Below are positions 10,589 through 19,356 of a DNA stretch of 64,000 nucleotides, piece by piece. The notes under the pieces are model-generated. The model worked only from the letters and a program-made list of their open reading frames with translations, was not told the DNA's origin and ran no database searches. Both the position numbers and the translations under genes were made by a program. This DNA is from an uncultured Gemmatimonadales bacterium (GTDB lineage Bacteria > Gemmatimonadota > Gemmatimonadetes > Longimicrobiales > RSA9). Position 1 is the stretch's first letter. Each line of letters opens with the position of its first letter. The stretch lies in assembly GCA_963783305.1 (NCBI GenBank), contig CAWAMW010000002.1, positions 192,001-256,000 of the forward strand, given 5' to 3'.

Positions 10589-11043
10589 GCATCTTCTGGG
10601 GACAGTTCGCACTTGGTACCGTGCTGGCGCTGAGTGCGATTGGAAGCGCCGTGGGGATCGGGATCGTGGGGCAGGCCGCCGCGGGGGCGTGGGCCAAAGA
10701 AGCCCGGGCCGGGCGTCCGCTCAGCTTCGCCTACGTGATCCTGGTTGGGCTCCCGCTGTCCCAGACGATCTACGGCGCGATCCTGATGCTGATCGGGCTG
10801 CGCGATCGGGTGTACGTACCCGAGATGGTGGCCCAGAATGCCGGGGCGCTTCTGGGGATCGCCATCGCGGGTGGCCTGGCTCAGCTCTTCAGCGCGTGGT
10901 TCCAGGGGCGAATCGGAGCGGCCGCCTGCCGCGCCCTCTCCGATGGCGGCGGGCAGGGCCTGGCCTTCATGATCATCGCCATGGGGATCGCCGAGACGGT
11001 CGGCCTCTTCTCCTTCGTCTTCCTCCTGATGGTGCTGCCCTAG
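10585..11043 (+). CDS. ntpK: V/A-type ATPase subunit K (c), 4-TM, Na+-type signature
   Basis: LPLSQTIYG...FQG...AETVGLF; four hydrophobic segments. Confidence 0.93.
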   Translation: MSIFWGQFALGTVLALSAIGSAVGIGIVGQAAAGAWAKEARAGRPLSFAYVILVGLPLSQTIYGAILMLIGLRDRVYVPEMVAQNAGALLGIAIAGGLAQLFSAWFQGRIGAAACRALSDGGGQGLAFMIIAMGIAETVGLFSFVFLLMVLP

Positions 11044-11245
11044 CAGGTCACCGAGCTGCGCTCCGTTTTACTTCCACGTCTCTCCGCCAAAGCCGGAAGG
11101 AAGAGCACAGGCGCGCGCCCCGTCCCGTCGACGCCGCGCGGAGCGCGGGCGATCGACCCCCCGCGCCAGCGGGTCCCGAGGGAGCGCAGCGACCGAAGGG
11201 ATCGACCCTCGACCCCGTTCCCCTGACTTTTCCGCCGCCTGACAG
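11044..11245 (-). repeat. Dispersed non-coding repeat, copy 1 (truncated, inverted)
   Basis: Reverse complement shares GTCGAGGGTCGATCCCT, GGGACCCGCTGGCGCGGG, GCGCGGCGTCGACGGGAC and ACGGAGCGCAGC blocks with copies 2 and 3. Confidence 0.85.
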
Positions 11246-11427
11246 TCCAGTCTGAACGAGCGTACGCGCCTGCCGTCTGGTGCCACGACTGGGCAAGTTC
11301 GTGCCCCGCAGCCGGCGTCCCGTGCCCCCACCCGCGCCAACACCCGGGTGGGGGTTGAGCTTTGATGCGGGGACGGGCAGATCCGTCCGCACCACCGGGA
11401 CGACACCAGACGAGGAGCGCGCGGGTA

Positions 11428-12006
11428 ATGCAGCGAGAGAGTCCGACCATCCAGGATGCGCAGTCGCCACGGTCCCATCGCTCCCCCGATGCCCGACTCT
11501 CGGCCGCTCGCCGGGGGGACGAAGGGGCCGTGAGGGCGCTGTACGAAATGCACCAGCCGCGCCTCCGCCGCGCGCTCCGGCGCGTGGTGGGAAGCGACGA
11601 AGCGATGATCGAAGACCTCGTCCAGGAGACCTGGCTCAAGGCGTGGCCCGCGCTGCGATCGTTCCGGGGTGAGAGCGCCCTGGGGACGTGGCTGTGCCGC
11701 ATCGCGATCAACACCGCGATTTCCCACAGCCGGCGGAATCGGGTTCCGACGGTCTCCGATCCGGACGTGCTGGCGATCGCGGCGTCCACGGCGGCCCCGA
11801 GCCCGGAGCTGACCATCGACCTGGAGCGCGCCGTCGCCGCCCTTCCGAAGGGAATGCGGACGGTCCTGTGGCTGCACGACGTGGAAGGATGGACCCACGA
11901 CCAGATCGGACGCCGGATGGCAATATCCGCGGGCACGTCCAAGAGCCAGCTCTTCAAGGCCCGGAAGAAGCTCCGCCTCCAGCTGACCGCCCGCTACGCG
12001 GCCTGA
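11428..12006 (+). CDS. ECF RNA polymerase sigma factor
   Basis: EDLVQETWLKAW, FRGESALGTWLCRIAIN, GTSKSQLFKARKKL; start uncertain. Confidence 0.92.
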   Translation: MQRESPTIQDAQSPRSHRSPDARLSAARRGDEGAVRALYEMHQPRLRRALRRVVGSDEAMIEDLVQETWLKAWPALRSFRGESALGTWLCRIAINTAISHSRRNRVPTVSDPDVLAIAASTAAPSPELTIDLERAVAALPKGMRTVLWLHDVEGWTHDQIGRRMAISAGTSKSQLFKARKKLRLQLTARYAA

Positions 12007-12012
12007 TTCCCG

Positions 12013-12540
12013 TCAGCCAGAGGTGAAGGTCACCGGCCCGTCGTAGCTCCGGGTGACCGGAACGGTTCTCCAGTGCCAGCTCAGACACGCGCCGGTGTTG
12101 GGATCGTACTCGGCGCAACGGCCCCGGCGTTCCTCGAACTCCTTCACCTTGATCGTTGCGACCCCGTTCCGGATCTCGCCGTCCGGATCGAGGGTCATCC
12201 GGAGCCGGATCCCCTGGCAGGCCAGCTGCAGAACCCGGCTTCCCTCCTGGCTCCGGCTCCACCACGCGCCCCGGGAGTCGTCGGTCAGGTCGCACGTGCC
12301 GTGGGAGCTGCGGATCAGGTAGCCGCCCTCATCGGCGAAGAAGATGGAGCCTTCCACGGTCTCTCCCCCGGCGGACCCACTGAACAGATAGTTGTAACCA
12401 GTCTGTGTGGCCGCCTTCTCCATCTGTTCGGGCGAGGACGCGCATCCGGCGAGGACGAGGGCCGCGAGCAGGAACAGACCCTGGCGGCCCCGAGTGGGGT
12501 GGCGGAGAACTCGACGGGATCCGCGCTGGATCGCCCTCAC
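12013..12540 (-). CDS. Hypothetical lipoprotein
   Basis: GTG overlapping upstream stop; lipobox LVLAGC; four further Cys. Confidence 0.65.
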   Translation of the reverse strand: MRAIQRGSRRVLRHPTRGRQGLFLLAALVLAGCASSPEQMEKAATQTGYNYLFSGSAGGETVEGSIFFADEGGYLIRSSHGTCDLTDDSRGAWWSRSQEGSRVLQLACQGIRLRMTLDPDGEIRNGVATIKVKEFEERRGRCAEYDPNTGACLSWHWRTVPVTRSYDGPVTFTSG

Positions 12541-13799
12541 GCCCCCGCCACCACGCGCATGAGCTGGCCGCAGAACCAGGCGGCGTAGGTACCGAGGGCG
12601 TATCCGAACACGGCGAGCAGCACGCCCACGGGAGCCAGCGCCGGGTGGAAGGCCGACGCCACCACGGGCGCCGATGCGGCGCCTCCTATGTTGGCCTGGC
12701 TGCCCACGGCCAGGAAGAACACGGGAGCCTTGATGAGGATCGCGACTGTAATGAGGAGCAGGGCGTGGATCGAGATCCAGACGAAGCCTACCAGGAAGAG
12801 CTCCGGGTTTTCCACAATGGCGGCGAGGTTCATGTTCATCCCGATGGAGGCGATCAGGACGTAGAGGAGCGCCGATCCCACGCGGGAGGCGCCGGCCCCC
12901 TCGAGCTGGCGCATCCTGGTGAATGAGAGCGCCAGCCCGCCGGTGGTGGCGATCACCACGATCCAGAAGAACGTGCTGGTCAGGCTGAGTCGCTCCAGCG
13001 CCGGGAAATTGGCCGCGATCCACGGGGAGAGCAGGTCGGCGCCGAAATGGGCGAGTCCGGTCACACCGAAGCCGACAGCCAGGATCTTCATCAGGTCCGT
13101 CAGGTCGGGGATCCTGGCCACACTCGCCTGATAATCGCCCATCTTCTTCTTGAGACTCTCTATGGCCGAGTTGTCCGCCTTCAGCTTGCGATCCAGCACA
13201 TCAGACTCGCCGGCCGCGTAGAGGAGCACCGCCAGCCAGACATTCGCCACCAGCACGTCCACCGCCACCATGGCGCTGAACAGATCGTCGCCCACCTCGA
13301 AGACCTCCTTCATCGCGGTCTGATTGGCGCCGCCGCCGATCCAGCTTCCCGCCACCGTGGTCAGCCCGCGCCAGACCGCGTCCGGGCCGCCGCCCATCAC
13401 GGCCTCCGGATTCACCCACGAAAAGAACAGCAGGGCCAGCGGACCGCCAATCACGATCCCCACCGTGCCCGTCAGGAACATGATGATCGCCTTGGGCCCG
13501 AGCCGGAGCACGCCCTGTATGTCAATGCTCAGCGTGAGCAGGACCAGGCTGGCGGGGAGGAGGTACCGCGACGCGACGAAGTAGAGATCCGACACTTCGC
13601 CCGAGATGATGCCGAGCGTAGCCACGACAGACGGAATGAAGTAGCACAACAGCAGTGCCGGCACGTACCGGTAGAACTTCTGCCAGAACGGACGCTCGCT
13701 GTGCGAGGTGTGGAAGACGAGGGCGAGTATGATCATCAGGATACCGAGAACCACGGCATCGTTGGTGATCAGCGGCGCGGCCTGAGCGGTCTCCTGCAT
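12537..13799 (-). CDS. DUF819 family membrane protein
   Basis: GSWIGGGAN and GSQANIGGAASAP motifs; multiple TM segments. Confidence 0.88.
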   Translation of the reverse strand: MQETAQAAPLITNDAVVLGILMIILALVFHTSHSERPFWQKFYRYVPALLLCYFIPSVVATLGIISGEVSDLYFVASRYLLPASLVLLTLSIDIQGVLRLGPKAIIMFLTGTVGIVIGGPLALLFFSWVNPEAVMGGGPDAVWRGLTTVAGSWIGGGANQTAMKEVFEVGDDLFSAMVAVDVLVANVWLAVLLYAAGESDVLDRKLKADNSAIESLKKKMGDYQASVARIPDLTDLMKILAVGFGVTGLAHFGADLLSPWIAANFPALERLSLTSTFFWIVVIATTGGLALSFTRMRQLEGAGASRVGSALLYVLIASIGMNMNLAAIVENPELFLVGFVWISIHALLLITVAILIKAPVFFLAVGSQANIGGAASAPVVASAFHPALAPVGVLLAVFGYALGTYAAWFCGQLMRVVAGA

Positions 13800-13941
13800 G
13801 AGAACCGGGGGTCCGGGTCGTTGTCTTGCCCACGCGATCCGCGGCTCTTCCGGCGGTAGGAACCCGGACGCCGACGTGGCGGGCTGGATCGTCGCCGAAG
13901 GTACGCTGCCGCGCGCGTATCCGCGAGCCTCGCTCGGACGC

Positions 13942-14604
13942 TCACTCCTTGCGGTAGAGAGCGTTCACGCTCACCCGCCGCCCCTCCTCCAACTCCACGC
14001 GCACCGTTTCACTCGGCACCATCGGGACCAGCCCCCGGGATCCCCACGCCGCGTCCAGCTCGTCGGCCTCCAGCAGCACCCCCCTCCCCCCGGGCATGCC
14101 CTCGTACACCCCCGGCTCCCCCTCCACGGCCCACACACCGGAGCCCGTGAGATCCACCCCGGGGGTGAACTGGTTGAGGAGAAGGAGGCCCCCGACGGCC
14201 AGCACACGCGTCGACTCGTCCGCCGCGCGATCCCACTCCCGCCGGCTGTCGGCACTGTGGTATACCCCCAGCGCCACCACCAGGTCGAACGCGCCGCTCC
14301 CATAGAACCCGAGATCGTCCATCCGCCCCCGCCTCACGCGCTCCGCCGCCAACTCCCCCAGTACCGCCACCACCCGCTCACGCGTTCGCTCCACCATCGC
14401 GGAGGAGGCGTCCAGTGCCCGCACGTCGAAGCCTCGCCGCGCGAGCAGCTCCGTGTTCCTGCCGCCCGCGCAGCCCAGGTCCAGGACCCGGACGCTGCCC
14501 GGCGCCGGGTAGCGCTCGATGAGATCGACGAGCCGATGGTCGGGCTCGCGGCCCGCGAACCGATCCACCCGCTCGGCGTCCTCCCAGAAGTCGTCGGAAC
14601 CCAT
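13942..14604 (-). CDS. Class I SAM-dependent methyltransferase
   Basis: VLDLGCAGGRN motif I, FDLVV, GGLL. Confidence 0.9.
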   Translation of the reverse strand: MGSDDFWEDAERVDRFAGREPDHRLVDLIERYPAPGSVRVLDLGCAGGRNTELLARRGFDVRALDASSAMVERTRERVVAVLGELAAERVRRGRMDDLGFYGSGAFDLVVALGVYHSADSRREWDRAADESTRVLAVGGLLLLNQFTPGVDLTGSGVWAVEGEPGVYEGMPGGRGVLLEADELDAAWGSRGLVPMVPSETVRVELEEGRRVSVNALYRKE

Positions 14605-14626
14605 GGTACCTCACGAAGTCAGAGGA

Positions 14627-14666
14627 TTGACGAAGGCGACCGCCCGCATTATCTTTGATTCGAGAC
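14627..14666 (+). promoter_or_regulatory. Sigma70-type promoter of marR with overlapping degenerate operator
   Basis: TTGACG-17 bp-TATCTT; ATCTTT-GATT-CGAGAC overlaps the -10. Confidence 0.6.
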
Positions 14667-14684
14667 AAATACGGGAGACGGCCC

Positions 14685-15191
14685 TTGATCGACGATCAAT
14701 ACGACGCGGCACTCAAGCTATGGGTTGTGCTCAGTCGGGCACAGGCCGCGGTGGCCGCCCATGCCGAGGCCGATGTGGCGCGGCACGGCCTGTCGCTCGC
14801 GGAGTTCGGAGCACTGGAAGCCCTCTACCACAAGGGCCCGCTCCTGGTGGGAGAGCTGCAGCGGGCAGTCCTGAAGTCGAGTGGCGGCATCACCTACGTG
14901 GTGGATCGACTGCAGGAGAAGGGGCTGGTGGAGCGGCGGCCGTGCGCGGAGGACCGTCGCGCGACCTACGCGGACGTGACGGAGGAAGGGCGGCGGATGA
15001 TGGACCGGATCTTTCCCCTTCACGCCCGCAGTCTGGCAGCTGCCATGGCGGGGCTGGGAGCGCACGAGCAGCTGAGGGCCCGGGAGCTGTTGAAGACGCT
15101 GGGCCTCGAGGCCGCCAGGACGCCGCTGCCCGGAAGAACGCGGCAGGAGGGGCCCGTGGCAGATGGAAGGGACACCGCTACGCTGGAATGA
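14685..15191 (+). CDS. MarR family regulator, MhqR-like
   Basis: LKLWVVLSRA, LYHKG, SGGITYVVDRL, DRR, IFPLH; TTG start after GGGAGA. Confidence 0.9.
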   Translation: MIDDQYDAALKLWVVLSRAQAAVAAHAEADVARHGLSLAEFGALEALYHKGPLLVGELQRAVLKSSGGITYVVDRLQEKGLVERRPCAEDRRATYADVTEEGRRMMDRIFPLHARSLAAAMAGLGAHEQLRARELLKTLGLEAARTPLPGRTRQEGPVADGRDTATLE

Positions 15192-15231
15192 GACCGGCGT
15201 ATGGCACCGGCCGGTTTTATTTTGGCCGAAT

Positions 15232-15247
15232 ATCTCGGCAACGAGAT
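15232..15247. promoter_or_regulatory. Palindromic operator candidate ATCTCG-N4-CGAGAT upstream of yceI
   Basis: Perfect 6-4-6 inverted repeat in the marR-yceI gap. Confidence 0.6.
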
Positions 15248-15305
15248 TCTCAGGACGGAGCGAACACGAGGGCGCTCCGCAACTCACACACAGGAGAGGT
15301 TCGAC

Positions 15306-15875
15306 ATGACCAACGAGCAGATGACGCAGCAGGTGACCACGTGGACGCTGGACGCGGCGCACTCCCAGGCGGAGTTCGTGGTGAAGCACATGATGATCAC
15401 GAAGGTGCGGGGCCGGTTCGCGACCATGAGCGGCTCGATCGCAGTGGACGAGGCGGAGCCGTCGAGCAGCCGGGTTGAGGTGGAGATCGACGCGGCGTCG
15501 ATCGACACGCGCCAGGAGGATCGGGACAAGCACCTCCGGTCCGGGGACTTCCTCGACGTGGAGAATCATCCGGTGCTGACGTTCCGGAGCCGCCGGGTAG
15601 AGGGGCTGGAGCTGGAGCCGGGAGCCTCGTTCCGTGTGGTGGGCGACCTGACGATCCGCGGCACAACGAAGGAAGTGACGCTGGACGCCGTGTACGAGGG
15701 ACGCGGCCCGGACCCGTGGGGCGGGGAGCGGCTGGCGTTCAGTGGAGACGCGGTGATCGACCGGCGGGAGTTCGGGCTGGAGTGGAACCAGGCGTTGGAG
15801 ACCGGCGGGATCCTGGTGGGGAACGAAGTCCGTATCCACCTGGAAGCCCAGGCGGTGCGGCAGGAAGCGGAATAG
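15306..15875 (+). CDS. yceI: YceI family polyisoprenoid-binding protein
   Basis: WTLDAAHS, VRGRF, RDKHLRSGDF, GDLTIRG, DPWG; RBS GGAGAGG. Confidence 0.95.
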   Translation: MTNEQMTQQVTTWTLDAAHSQAEFVVKHMMITKVRGRFATMSGSIAVDEAEPSSSRVEVEIDAASIDTRQEDRDKHLRSGDFLDVENHPVLTFRSRRVEGLELEPGASFRVVGDLTIRGTTKEVTLDAVYEGRGPDPWGGERLAFSGDAVIDRREFGLEWNQALETGGILVGNEVRIHLEAQAVRQEAE

Positions 15876-15901
15876 CGTCGCTTTTGCAGGCGAGTTCGAG
15901 T

Positions 15902-15929
15902 GGGGGCCGGTCCGCGAGGGCCGGCCCTC
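15902..15929. terminator. Hairpin between convergent genes
   Basis: GGGGCCGGTCC-GCGA-GGGCCGGCCCT. Confidence 0.55.
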
Positions 15930-15932
15930 GCT

Positions 15933-17627
15933 TCATGCGGGGGGCTGGGGATCGGCGCGGGGGAGCAGGAGCTCGAAGCGACTGCCGGCACCGGGGGAGC
16001 TTTCGACGCGGATATCCCCTCCCATGGTCCGGGCGAGCTCGCGTGAGATGGCGAGTCCGAGACCGGTGCCGTGAACGGTCCGGGTGAGGTGGGAGTCCAC
16101 CTGGACGAACGGCTCGAAGATGGACTTCGTGTTCTCGGGTGCTATGCCAACGCCGGAGTCGGAAACGTGGATGAGAACATCGCGATCGCCGACTTCCCAG
16201 CCGAGCGCAATCCAGCCACCTGCGGGAGTGAACTTGATGGCATTGGAGAGGAGGTTGAGGAGGATCTGCCGGGTCTTTTCGGGGTCTGCCAGAGCGACGG
16301 CACCGGGACCGCCCTCGTCCCGGTACTCGAGCCCCTCGGCGGCGAGCTGGGCCAGGATGAGGGAGGTGGCGTCGCGTGTCAGCCGATCCACGGCGAAGGG
16401 CGCCGGCCGCACCTGGAGACGTCCGGCCTCGAGCTTGGCGAAGTTCAGCACATCGTTGATCAGTCCCAGGAGGTGGCGCTGCGCGGTCCGGATGCGCTCG
16501 AGGAACTCCTCCTGCTTCTCGTTCACCGGTCCAGGGATGGCGAGGGAGAGGAGGTCGACGTATCCGGCGATGGCGTTCAGCGGTGTTCTCAGCTCGTGGC
16601 TCATGGTGGCGAGGAATCCCGACTTGGCTCGGTTCGCGGCCTCCGCGCGCTCCCGCGCCTGGGCCTGCCCGCGTGCCAGCAGGAAGAGCCACAGGCTGGC
16701 GGCCAGCCCGCTCAGGAGCACGGTCCAGGAGACGGCGGCGGGGGCGGTGGCCTCGAAGGTTGGTGTGGACTGGAAGACGACGGTCCACGGCCGACCCGAC
16801 AGCACCATCCTGCGGGCTGTGGCGAAACGGGCATCCAATGAGTCGTTCGCCCCCGGAGTGTTGAGCCGCGCCGTGTGGGTTGTGCGGGTGCCGTCGTATA
16901 CCTGGAAGGTGACGCGAGGCTCCTCCGAGCCGAAGATCCCCTCGAACAGGTCGTCGGCCCGGAAGGGGCTGTATACGAACCCGGCGAGCTGATCCCGGCG
17001 CTGCTCCAATGTCTGGGGTACGCGACCGGAGCGGTAGACGGGCACGTAGACCAGGAACCCGGCCTGCGTGCGCCCCGTGATCTCCTGTACGAGCCGCACA
17101 GGCCCCGACATGGCGGGCTCCCCCGTGTCCCGGGCGTGCCTCATGGCGTCGCGGCGGGTGGGCTCGCTGTACATGTCGTAGTCCAGGGCGGCCCTGTTTC
17201 GGGGGTCCATCGGCTCGAGGTAACGGATCCGATGGCGCTCGTCCGGGTCGTCCTCCGCCGCGGAGCCGGGCGGCGCCCGCCATACGCGCTCGCTCCAGCC
17301 GATGCCCTGGGTCCCCGGGAATCGCTCCTTGAGTCCGAGGCGCTGGACATAGACGTGGAATTCCTCCCTGCTGAGAGAGTCGTTGACGGCCATCATGGCG
17401 GCGGCCCCCTCCAGCGCGGCCACGTGCAAATCGAATCGCCGGATGATGAGGTCCTGGGCCCCCTGGACCGCGTTGCGGAAGCGTGCCTCGTTGCTCTCCC
17501 GGGTGGAGCGCATGGAGAAGGCCGCCACCACGAGCGTGAAGAACAGCGCCGAGAGCAGGACCGCCCACGGCACGACGGCTGGCGGCAGAGGGAGCCGACG
17601 CGGACGACGCTGCAGGTGATCAGCCAC
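15933..17627 (-). CDS. CHASE-domain sensor histidine kinase
   Basis: YLEP..RNRAALDYDM, SGPVRLVQE between two TMs; SHELRTPLN, NAIKFT, GTGLGL. Confidence 0.93.
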   Translation of the reverse strand: MADHLQRRPRRLPLPPAVVPWAVLLSALFFTLVVAAFSMRSTRESNEARFRNAVQGAQDLIIRRFDLHVAALEGAAAMMAVNDSLSREEFHVYVQRLGLKERFPGTQGIGWSERVWRAPPGSAAEDDPDERHRIRYLEPMDPRNRAALDYDMYSEPTRRDAMRHARDTGEPAMSGPVRLVQEITGRTQAGFLVYVPVYRSGRVPQTLEQRRDQLAGFVYSPFRADDLFEGIFGSEEPRVTFQVYDGTRTTHTARLNTPGANDSLDARFATARRMVLSGRPWTVVFQSTPTFEATAPAAVSWTVLLSGLAASLWLFLLARGQAQARERAEAANRAKSGFLATMSHELRTPLNAIAGYVDLLSLAIPGPVNEKQEEFLERIRTAQRHLLGLINDVLNFAKLEAGRLQVRPAPFAVDRLTRDATSLILAQLAAEGLEYRDEGGPGAVALADPEKTRQILLNLLSNAIKFTPAGGWIALGWEVGDRDVLIHVSDSGVGIAPENTKSIFEPFVQVDSHLTRTVHGTGLGLAISRELARTMGGDIRVESSPGAGSRFELLLPRADPQPPA

Positions 17628-17633
17628 CGGGCG

Positions 17634-18506
17634 TCATCCGGAGGGATCGGTGCGATCTGCTACGTTCCGGTCGATCCGCAGCCTGGTCCCCCCCCAGCTC
17701 TCCTGCACGTCCAACTCCCCCTGCCAGATCGTGGCGGCGAACCCGGACTCGGACGGCCCGCGCCGCAGATTGAAACCGCCGGTGCTCGCCACCCAGAGCC
17801 GGGGCGTTGGCGCTCCAGCCGCGGCGGCCGTCATCGCGTCCAGGAGCGGGTCGGCATTCCTGGCGTGGACATAGAGGCCCGGGGCGTACCCCTGCCGCAC
17901 GAGCGCCCTCGTCCACGCCTTCACGTAGGCCGCCAGGGAATCGGAGACCGATTCCACCGGCTCCACATCCAGATAGACGACGGTGCCCGCCGCAAACCCT
18001 TCCTCGCCCGCCGCCGTCGCGGCCGCGGCGCCATCGGCGAGGCCCTGATCCGCGGACAGATTTCCGCGGGTGCACCGGTCGGCCTCATCGCTGCGTTGCG
18101 GTTGTGCGCCCACGTCCTCCGTGGCGATCGCCCGTGTCCCGGGCCAGTCCTGCTCGCCCACGAAGATCACCGCCAGCCCCCAGCCGATCCGCCGGAGATC
18201 GTCGCGCCTCCCACGCCAGCTGGCGCCCGTGTAGCACGGAGCCGGCAGGTAGAACCCCACCCACCGGTAGGGCGACTCGGCCAGCCACCGCGTCATGACC
18301 CCCTCTCCCGGGTACTCGCGGGTGTCGAATCCGGGCACTCCCCGGGCATCGGGAACGCCGGGACCGGGCTCGGCGGGGGATGGTCCCGGGGCGCCGCCCG
18401 TGGCGCAGCCGGCGAGGGCAAGGGCGAGGAAGCCGGCCGGAATGAGCGGGACCGGAGAGAATCGGAGTCTGTGAAACATGGTTTTCATGGGGGCGGCGCT
18501 GTGCAT
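17634..18506 (-). CDS. DUF1906 / GH25-like glycoside hydrolase lipoprotein
   Basis: Lipobox LAGC; GFDT, WVGFYL, VYLDVE, PGLY, IWQ; start uncertain. Confidence 0.8.
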   Translation of the reverse strand: MHSAAPMKTMFHRLRFSPVPLIPAGFLALALAGCATGGAPGPSPAEPGPGVPDARGVPGFDTREYPGEGVMTRWLAESPYRWVGFYLPAPCYTGASWRGRRDDLRRIGWGLAVIFVGEQDWPGTRAIATEDVGAQPQRSDEADRCTRGNLSADQGLADGAAAATAAGEEGFAAGTVVYLDVEPVESVSDSLAAYVKAWTRALVRQGYAPGLYVHARNADPLLDAMTAAAAGAPTPRLWVASTGGFNLRRGPSESGFAATIWQGELDVQESWGGTRLRIDRNVADRTDPSG

Positions 18507-18529
18507 CGATCATGCCCGTGGGGCGCCGG

Positions 18530-19297
18530 TCACAAAGCCACGAGCAGCGCCAGTGCGACGGTATATACGGCCACCATCAGCCAACCCACCCTCTTCAGGT
18601 TCCTCGGGTGCGGAGGGCGCACCGCCACGGCCAGCGTGGCCACACCGGGCGGAAGCACCGCCAGCAGATCCGTGCCGCCCGGGATGAGCGTGGCGCCGAT
18701 TACTGCCGCCGCCAGCGACAGAACCGCCGCCGCGGGCGCGGCGCGCAAGATCCAGGCCTCGTCCGGCCGTCGCTTCAACGCTGCCTTCATCGCATGGACG
18801 GCGAAGATCGCTGGGAAAATGGCCGCCAGCCAGACTCCGGCGGCGATCCCTGCGTCGAGATAGGTCGTCTCGCCACACAGCGCCAGCGGGATCACCGAGG
18901 TGGAGAAGACGGTGGCGGCCAGTAGCTCCGCCGGGATCGATTTCAGCTGCCGCCTCCCCAGCAGCGGCAGGAGGAGCAGGCCGAGGCCCGCTGGAAGCAG
19001 GGCACCGAGCCAGGCGCGGGGCGGCGCCAGCCCCACCGCGGCCACCATCCCGCCGAGCGCAGCGCCGGCAAGGAAGAGGATCCGATGACGCGCAGCTCGT
19101 CGCAGCTCCTTCTGGAGTCGCACCCCACGCACGCCCGTGAGCACGGCCAGCGGCTCGTTCGCGAGGAAGAGCGCCACAGCCGCCACACTGAATGCAACCG
19201 CGCCCGGATCACCCCCGCTGTAGATCAGCCCCGTCAGGAGCGGGAAGCCCAGCTGCGCGTAAGCGCCGTGCTCCCGAGGCATCAGACCACCATTCAT
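18530..19297 (-). CDS. YwiC-like membrane protein
   Basis: PREHGAY N-terminal motif, LKRVGW near C-terminus; hydrophobic. Confidence 0.8.
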   Translation of the reverse strand: MNGGLMPREHGAYAQLGFPLLTGLIYSGGDPGAVAFSVAAVALFLANEPLAVLTGVRGVRLQKELRRAARHRILFLAGAALGGMVAAVGLAPPRAWLGALLPAGLGLLLLPLLGRRQLKSIPAELLAATVFSTSVIPLALCGETTYLDAGIAAGVWLAAIFPAIFAVHAMKAALKRRPDEAWILRAAPAAAVLSLAAAVIGATLIPGGTDLLAVLPPGVATLAVAVRPPHPRNLKRVGWLMVAVYTVALALLVAL

Positions 19298-19356
19298 CGA
19301 TTACTCCGCTCTCTTCATCCCTGGCCCCCTTCCTCCGGGCGCCCCATACTCCAACC

